From the NCBI RefSeq assembly GCF_009914755.1, contig NC_060932.1: DNA of 64,000 bases; one strand, 5' to 3'. Within the stretch, counting starts at the first letter, position 1, and every line of letters begins with the position of its first letter. Of this stretch, positions 55,846 through 64,000 are shown piece after piece. A program made the translations under genes and the position numbers. This stretch comes from the human T2T-CHM13v2.0 reference genome, Homo sapiens. The notes below the pieces were generated by a model. The model was not told where the DNA came from. It made no database searches and was given only the letters and a program-made list of their open reading frames with translations.

Positions 55846-56056
55846 CTCTCTTTTTTAAAGATTTTCTTTCCCCTCCTCCAGCTTTATTTCAGCCAGATAT
55901 AGAAAGACAAATACTGCATGTTATTGTTTATATGTGGAATGTAAGAACTCATAGAAACAGAGAGCAGAAAGGTGTTTTGCCAGGGGATAGGAGGGTGAGG
56001 GAAATGGAGGGACTTTGGTTAAAGGGTATGAAATTTTAGTTACAAGATGAGTAAGT
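55846..56056. mobile_element. Short L1MA-type insertion with inverted segment and TSD TAATTCAGTCT
   Basis: Antisense L1 terminus (TTTTTT..CCAGCTTTATT) joined to a sense 3' UTR piece (GAAAGACAAATACTGCATG..ACAAGATGAGTAAGT); TSD at 55835-55845 and 56057-56067. Confidence 0.65.
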
Positions 56057-56762
56057 TAATTCAGTCTTTTAAGACAGCATGCTAAAAAGCTCTAACAAAA
56101 GTAGCATAGTCAGTAACCTAACCCAGTTCTAGAAGCACAGCATTAAGATGGTGCTTCTGCACCCCTAACTGGTGTTCATGTGGGGATCCTGAAGAACTGT
56201 ATGGGTCTTGTCTCATTCTCACAGTTTCCAGCAGACAGCCATGTTTTGTAAAAAAGATTGGGAAGAGCAACATCAGCAAAATGCCATTCCCCTGAGCTAA
56301 TTTTAGCTATGACAGTCCTACATAGAGTATATTTCTTCTCATTCCAATGAAATGAATTCATTTTCTAAATGTATTATTAACTACAGTTGTTGTTTATCTT
56401 TATGTTCCTTTACTTCATTATTGCTGTACTTTGTGTGAAGTAGTTTAAGCACTTGAAGTTGGTCTAGCCTCATGTAGGGGGGTAAGTGTGTCATGATTAG
56501 TGTGTCTCCACACACCAGATGAGTGACAAGCAGGCAGAATGTTTGGGAAGGATAGTCCAGCAGGAAAGAAACATGTTCCAGAATGCAGAGAACCCTCGAT
56601 TACTTGATTTTACAGTTATGCAGATAAATGTAAAAACTGGAATGTCATTCAGTCTGAGCCAGGTTACTTACTCAGATGCTTACCTTCCCCTTTGCCCTTT
56701 GGTTGGGTTTTGGAGAGTTGACCGAAAGGGGTGATGGCTTTAAAACTACACAGATGAAGCAG

Positions 56763-56950
56763 ACTGCACAACATGGGGAGACCCTATCTCCACACAAATT
56801 TTTTTTTTAAAAGCCAGGCATGGTGGTGTGTGCCTGTAGTCCCAGCTACTCAGGAGGCTGAGACTAGAGGATGGTTTGAACCGGGAGTTGAAGTCCAGCC
56901 TGGGCAACAGAGTGAGATTGCATCTTAAAAAATAAACAAATAAATAAACA
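56763..56950 (+). mobile_element. Partial AluJ/FRAM-like element
   Basis: AGCCAGGCATGGTGGTGTGTGCCTGTAGTCCCAGCTACTCAGGAGG...CAGCCTGGGCAACAGAGTGAGA. Confidence 0.8.
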
Positions 56951-57407
56951 TTATTCAAATGACATAGGACTTGTGGATCATGAGATTAGAGTCTAGCTCT
57001 TAAAAAAAAAATTCTGCTGTCCAAGTTTAATGCTTGAACTTCCACAGTTAAAGATTTAACTCTTCAGTGTTGGTAAGAGGTTGGGGATTCAAATAAATGT
57101 GGAGACCACGAAATGAAGGTAGGTGAGAGAGAAGCCATTCACTAGGGCTCCAAGGAAGATGCAGAGGCCCACAAAAGGACAAAGGCCCAGCCTATGGGGA
57201 TCACAGATCAGCACTTTAGGTTCACTGTAGGGCTGAACACAAGGCACACATCCAGCAGGGAGGCACATACCTGCGGACAGAATGGTGGAAAAATGATGTC
57301 CATTTTGACAAAATAGGGAGTGAAAGGACATCCATTATGGAGAGATGAACAGCTAACAGGGGGCAGTGTCCTACAATTCCAGGAGTGAGTGGCTTGTCAA
57401 CATTTTC

Positions 57408-57711
57408 TTTGTTTTCTTTCTTTTTTTTTTTTTGGAGACAGTCTCGCTCTGTAGCCCAGGCCGGAACCCAGTGGTGTGATCTCGGCTCACTGCAACCTCC
57501 ACCTCCAGGGTTCAAGCAGTTCTCTGCCTCAGCCTCCCAAGTAGCTGGGACTACAGGCGCCTGCCACCACGCCTGGCTAATTTTGGTAATTTTAGTAGAG
57601 ACAAGGTTTCACCATGTTGGCCAGGCTGGTCTTGAACTGCTGACCTCGTGATCCACCCGCCTTGGCCTCCCAAAGTGCTGGGATTACAGGCGTGAGCCAC
57701 TACGCCCAGCC
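57408..57711 (-). mobile_element. AluS (Sg/Sc-like), antisense, TSD AACATTTTC
   Basis: Full dimer with GACCTCGTGATCC; CAACATTTTC on both flanks. Confidence 0.92.
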
Positions 57712-58424
57712 AACATTTTCCTTCTAATCCAAGAATTTACTACTATGAAATGTAGTTAGGATCACTCTTAGGCAAAAACAGTATAGCACATAATTACAGA
57801 TAAATCATTACTGGTCATAGAGTAGAAAGATAATTCTTATTATCAGAGAAATTTCTCCATTTGGGTCCCCAAAGCAAAGATTATGGCCTTCATAACAGTG
57901 TAAATGTAGCTTCAAACAAAGCCTAAAGTATCTTGTGTTTGAAAGTGTGCTTTTAAGCATAAAATTACATGCTTTTTGATCTGTTAGTTAATGTGCAAAA
58001 TATGATTCTCCTTGCAATATACACGTTAAATTCATCTAATTAGCTCTTTTGAATTTTTTTGTTTGCTTCATTATTTCTCAACTACTCAAAATAAGTAGCT
58101 GATATGAAATTCTCGATATTTTCATTAGTAATTGTTAAATCATATTGCAAGCATTTTCTGATTTATGGAAATTAGGCTCAGAGGAAAATGTACGGGTGCC
58201 AAGGGCTTTCTCCTCCCTCCTTGCTGTCCCTGGGAAAGAGCATGCTGGTGAAAAGCAAGAAGGCAGGACAAAAGGGGGAGACAAGTCTTTTCTGTTATTC
58301 TTGATTAAATGTCATTGATAAATAGGACTCCACTGACTTGGAGCCCTCAGTTTATGGGATTCCAAATGCTCTGGCATCACACTCATTGGCCCTTGACTTG
58401 TTTTCCACAGAGGTGTTGTTAGCA

Positions 58425-58770
58425 CGCTAGCAGTCACTCCCCACTGCCCCATCTCAGCTCTACACAGACACTAATCTGCTTTCTGTCTGTATAGATTTGC
58501 CTATTTTGGACATTTCATATAAATGGAATCATACAATATATGTGTTTTTTGCAACTGACATTTTTACTTGGGACAATGTTTTCAAGGTCCATCCATGTTG
58601 TGTAGCACGTGTCAATACTTCATTTAATTTTATGGCTAAATAACATTCCATTATATGGAAATGCCACATTTTGTTCATCCGTTTAGCAGTTGATGAATAT
58701 TGCACCTGTTTCTACTTTTGGGCTATTATGAATAATGCTTTTGTGAACAGCTGTATCCAAGTTTTTGTGT
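58425..58770 (-). mobile_element. L1MB-type 3' fragment
   Basis: ACTAATCTGCTTTCTGTCTGTATAGATTTGCCTATTTTGGACATTTCATATAAATGGAATCATACAATAT. Confidence 0.85.
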
Positions 58771-59553
58771 AGAGAAGTACGCTATAATTTACAGTTAGTT
58801 TTTAGAATACAAATGGTAACCTTTCCCTATCTGCATGGCACACTTGCTTATCCATGAATGTTACTGAAGTCCATTTGAATCCTTTAAGGTAAAATGGATG
58901 AGGATTTCTAGTTTAACCCTTATGCTTTTGAGATTTAAAAAACTGGATCCCATGAAATTAATAAATTACCCAAGGTGTTACAGCTAATTAGCGTCAACAG
59001 TATAACTCAAAATTTGCTTGAGATTCAGTTCAGCATTCTTTTACCGTGCATTGTAAACCCACACAGGGTGCAACTGAACTAAGCTGAGATCATATGAGCT
59101 GACCTGAGAAGCTTCCTTTTGTAACTGTTTTTCTTTGGAGAATAGATTTGGTTTCCAAACAGACCTATATCTAATTACCATATTTGATGCTTCATAAGAA
59201 TGTGTGTGTATGCAGTGATTTGTTTTCTTGACTCTCAATTTGTATCGATTTAATGTAACAACAAATATCTATTGAGCATAAATAATGCTGTTAACATTGA
59301 ATATTTTGGAATGCAAAGGCAATTACAACTGTATTAATAAATCAAGAGTCAAGATAATACAACAGTTAATAATAAAGTAGGTAATGAAGGGTTAAATTGT
59401 ATGTTTTTGGGCCACTTACAGCATAATATACAGAATTGATTGCTAAAAGATGGATTTTGATCCCACCTTTAGTAATAATTAGAAATCTGATTTTGAAAAA
59501 AGAAATCTATTTCTTTGAGTGAAAGTTACATTACCTTTGAAAGGACGATATGT

Positions 59554-59856
59554 TGATATCTAGGGTGCCTTATAGCCATAAGATGCTACAGTTCAAATGG
59601 CACCATGTGTTAGAGTAATACACACATATATGCAGAGACATATAATGGGCAGATGCTCACATATATCACATGTAAGTGAGTCAGAAAACAAGGTCATCAT
59701 GAGGAAAGAGCTCTAAAAAGATCTGTGTCTTGTTCCAACTCTGTGGTGCCACTCAAAGCCCATGTGACTCTCTGAGTCTGTATTTACCTCAGATAGAGAC
59801 AATAGATGCATCCTGCCCTCCTCCTCCTCTCTTTGGGATGCAATGAGATAATGGCC
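59554..59856 (+). repeat. Donor copy of the 61311-61617 duplication
   Basis: TGATATCTAGGGTGCCTTATAGCCATAAGATGCT ... TTGGGATGCAATGAGATAATGGCC occurs at both loci. Confidence 0.95.
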
Positions 59857-61295
59857 CCTCTATTCTTGGGTAGAGTATTGAATATCTTACGTGGATTAAG
59901 GAAATGTGGAGGACTCCCTAGGGCCCTACACAGGAAGAGCATTATCAGGAGCGGAAAGTTACCTGTATAGGAAAATGTGCTTTTATTGAAATACTATCTT
60001 GAAAACTTTCTATTTGATAGGACTGTCATCTTCCAGAATCCTAGATGCTGGCTTGGGCAAGAATAAAACATATGGACAGTTGTCAGTGGATCTACAGGTT
60101 TAGCTAAGCTTGGTTATGCAGGGTCACCCTGTTCTCTGTGGAGTCTACTTCATAAACATAGCTGGACTATTTTTATCCCCCCTCAGAGCTGTTTCCACTT
60201 TAAAATAAATTTCTATTCATTGTTGTTTGCCAGGCAAAAATCATATGCAGCAATGCTACTAACATTGATATTTTACTTAAACATGTTGATAACAATGTGG
60301 CACCTAATAAGAAATCCATATCCCACCATCAGCCATAGGCCCAGAATCCACTGTGGATGAGAAACTTTTGATTATAGGAAAAAGAATAATTGGTGCTTTC
60401 TAACCTGTAGAAACTTGGATGCCTGTTGGAGCCACTTGCTATTCCTTAAACATAATCATTCTTGCATCCTGACCCACATTCTTCCTGAAACAAAATTTTC
60501 AATATTGTCTTTTTTGTTGCTGTTGAAGGTCTGTGTTTGCAATGATTACCTTGCTAAATAAAAACTTCTGAGTATTTCTACATCACTGCTAAGAATAATA
60601 TTTTAGTGGAATTCCTTAGAATAAGACTTTCTGCTATACATTATTGCACGAGAATATGCCTGATATACTTAAAAGAGAACAATGGTAGCTAACATTGATT
60701 GAAAGCATCTGCAGAGGCAGCTATTTGTTGAAATGCCCTCTCTACATCAGATCACATGGCTCACATTTACCTCGTAAATTTGGAACTCCTGTCACCCTTT
60801 TCTAATGGAGAAGGACACAGACTTGGGAGAATTCAATGACTTGTTGAAACCACACAATTAAGTACTATCAAGTCACCTCTTGAGTGTCCATCCAAGTATA
60901 GAAAAAATAGCGTCTTTTCTACTGGCTTTACAAAAGGGATTTGTAATTGACTTTGAGGGAGTTTGAGAATGGCAAGAAAAGCCATGTCAATGGCAGCCGG
61001 ACAAACATTCTCCAGCTTCCCCTCTGCTCCCAGGGCCTCCCTGGGGCTCAGATTAGTAGGTTGCCCTTGAGCGGACATTGAGAAACAAATGCAAAGCCCT
61101 GTGGAAGGCAGCTAAGGTCAGAGGTGGAGAGGAAGAGGTGTAGGGTGGGGAGAGCACAGGTGACTGTCTGACCATAAGATGAGCTTCATAATCAGATGAG
61201 GCGGCTAGTTGGAATGTGAGGTCAGCAAGGATGAGAAGCAGATGAGACTAGCCCTGGGGCATGCAGGAAGCTGAGAGACTTGAGAGAGTGGTTCT

Positions 61296-61884
61296 TTTTT
61301 GGGGGGCGGGTGATATCTAGGGTGCCTTATAGCCATAAGATGCTGCAGTTCAAATGGCACAATGTGTTATTTTGAGTAACACACACATACATGCAGACAC
61401 ATGTAATGGGCAGATGCTCACATATATCACATATAAATGAGTCAGGAAACAAGGTCATCATGAGGAAAGAGCTCTAAAAAGAGCCGGGTCTTGTTCCAAC
61501 TCTGTGCTGCCACTCAAGGCCCATGTGAGTCTCTGAGTCTGTATTTACCTCAGATAGAGACAGTAGATGCATCCTGCCCTTCTTCTCCTCTCGTTGGGAT
61601 GCAATGAGATAATGGCCTTGCTCTGTCACCCAGGCTGGGGTGCAGTGATGTGACCTCAACTCACTGCAACCTCTTCCTCCCAGTTCAAGAGATGCTTCTG
61701 CCTCAGCCTCCTGAGTAGCTGGGATTACAGGTGCATGCCCCACGCCCAGCTAATTTTGTATTTTTAGTAGAAATGGAATTTCACCATGCTGGCCAGGCTG
61801 GTCTTGAACTCTTGACCTCAAGTTGTTCCACCTGCCTTGGCATCCCAAGTTCTGGGATTATAGGCATGAGCCACTGCGCCCAAC
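61296..61884 (-). mobile_element. Antisense AluS/J split by a 307 bp insert (61311-61617)
   Basis: T-tail 61295-61300, Alu body 61618-61884; TSD AGAGTGGTTCT at 61285-61295 and 61887-61897. Confidence 0.9.
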
Positions 61885-63058
61885 AAAGAGTGGTTCTAAC
61901 CACAGATTCCCGGGCTGTTTGTAGCAAGGAGGCAGGCAGTATCTGGCAGGAGCAGGGGTACAGCCAGGGATCCACGACTCCTGAGTAGGTGCTTCTCAAG
62001 CCAGAGGCGGGAAGCGCAATCCAAGAAGTGACCGTCTCCTTGCAGTTTCATGACAGCACCTCCTGTAGTTGTAGCAGATGAAAGCTAAACAGATTAGTTA
62101 AAGGAATACATGAGTGGATGCATGAATAAAGTATAAGGGAATGAATCCAACCCTAAGTTAGAAAACCCTCTTCATCCTTAATCATACCACCTCCATAGTT
62201 TTCCCTTCCTCAGGAAGCAAAGCGCCAAGACATCTACCCACAGCATGTGCTGTATGAACGGTTTGCTGCAAACACTCTGCCAGGATTCAAATAAACAGGA
62301 GATCAGAAACTAGTGTTGGAAAATGTCTTTTGGCACATTGCCCAACTGTGATCTTGGCACGGCTGATTTTGTTTTGGTTTATGTCTTGGGCTTTCAATGT
62401 TCATTTTCATACTGCTGTTTCACAATTTTATTTTCTTTTTTGAGTCATAGTTTGTAAGAACTTGGTTTATATTACTATTCCAATGCAATAGTGTTTTTCT
62501 TTTGGTATGTAGTATGCTCTCCAATAAATTAGAAGTCACTAGTCTTGCCTCTTTACCATGCAGAAAACTTTCCTGATCAAGCAAGCATTGCCCCTATATC
62601 TTGCTCCTCTCCATTCTGTCAGCTGGGTGGAATTCAGTCCAGTGCTAACAGGTTGAGGTTTCCTTTACTACAAGCTACTGGTCTTTGCACTGTACCTTCT
62701 GATGATTGTTTAATCTCAAATGCATGTAGCAATGCTATGAATAGCTCCCACTTTATTTCAGTGAGTTTTAAAATTTCATGAAAATAGAACTTCACAGAGA
62801 CTTCATTTTCTTCTCTGTTTTCCATAGCCAATATGATAAAACGTGTTTGTAAATCTTTTCAATTTAGAAAGACTTTTTCTTCAGCTTCTCATCAATGTCT
62901 GATATTTAAGAACTTATACATAAAGCTCAAAATGAGAAAAATAGCTTGCATCAAATCCATTAAATTCCCAGAAGTTATTTTCAACTCCACCCAAGTTAAA
63001 TTAAATAACATGTATGCCTCACAAAAGTCACAGCACCTTGTTTATAGTAGGCACTCAG

Positions 63059-63584
63059 TGTGATTGATGTGTCAACTTGTCTAGGCCACAGTACCTAGAT
63101 ATTTGGTTAAACATTATTCTAGATGTTCCTGTAAAGGTATTTTTTAGATGAGGTTAATATTTGAATCAGTAGACTTGGAGCAAAGTAGATTACTCTTCAA
63201 GTGGATGACCACATCTAATCAGTTGAAGACCTTGGAAGGATAAGACTGGCTCCCCACAAGGAGGAGGGAGTCTTGCCACATACTGCCTTCAGGCTTGAGC
63301 TGCAGTGTCATCTCTGCCCTGGGTCTGCAACTAGCAGCTGACCCTGCAGATTTTAGACTTGTCATTCTCCACAGTTGCATGATCACATGAGCCAATACCT
63401 TCAAATCAATCCCAATGTTTCTCTAGTTCTCTCTCTCTCTACATAGATAGCTAGGTAGATTGATAGACAGGTAGATGATAACTAGGCAGATAGGTAGAGA
63501 TTATATACATAGGTGAATAATAGGTAAACAGGCACAGGCATATACTCTATCTGTTCTGTTTCTTTAGAGGACTCTGGCAAATAC
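63059..63584 (+). mobile_element. MLT2 (ERVL) solo LTR with internal (TAGA)n-like repeat
   Basis: ATGTGTCAACTTGTCTAGGCCACAGTACCTAGATATTTGGTTAAACATTATTCTAGATG ... TCTGTTCTGTTTCTTTAGAGGACTCTGGCAAATAC. Confidence 0.85.
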
Positions 63585-64000
63585 TTACTGACAGTTGGAT
63601 TAGTCCTTCTTTCTTCCCATGTGGGAAACCTCTGGAACAGGTGCGTTCTACTCACTTTCACCTTGTTTAGGCATATTTGTTGAAACAAAGTTTCCCCTTT
63701 TCTCATTTCTACATTTTTATTCTATTTTCCATTTTTAGCCAACATTTTGATATTTATCCAGTTCCATGATAGTAGGTATTCATTAGTGATCTCTTCCAAA
63801 AATTGTCTTTGTTACCTCCAAGATAGATGGAATTATTCTCAGTATAATTTTGAAGTTTAGTGTATTTCATTTTTTCTATAATTGATAGCCATGTATGGCA
63901 CATTAAGTATTATCAAACCACATTAGAAATAGAATTTAATATAAATTAGAGTTTATTTATACAGTAGTTATTAAGGCAAGTTAAAATTAATGGCATACCG

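Overview
AT-rich, repeat-dense hominid (human or great-ape) genomic DNA with no credible protein-coding exon. The supplied ORFs are repeat-derived or chance frames. The window holds the 5' end of a large + strand gene. A bipartite CpG-island promoter (~8.65-10.9 kb) precedes a non-coding, uORF-rich first exon ending at a perfect donor CAG|GTAAGT (11224/11225), followed by what looks like >50 kb of first intron. A split (non-canonical) REST/RE1 motif at 10688-10715 suggests a neuronal gene. From memory alone the exon resembles CDH20 exon 1, which is unverified, so no symbol is assigned. The intron and upstream DNA contain Alus, old L1M/L1P, L2, MIR, MLT LTRs and microsatellites. The most unusual signals concern captured DNA. 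(i) Three young ~250-300 bp L1PA2/PA3-type 3' ends lie within 22 kb, each joined to non-self flanking cargo: two are clean 3' transductions with TSDs, and one is a 716 bp insert lacking TPRT hallmarks. (ii) Four local, non-tandem direct duplications of 52-305 bp are present, three of them pasted inside older transposons. (iii) A tail-to-tail inverted Alu pair is only 32 bp apart. I found no evidence for a new protein-coding system. All repeat subfamily calls and boundaries are by eye.
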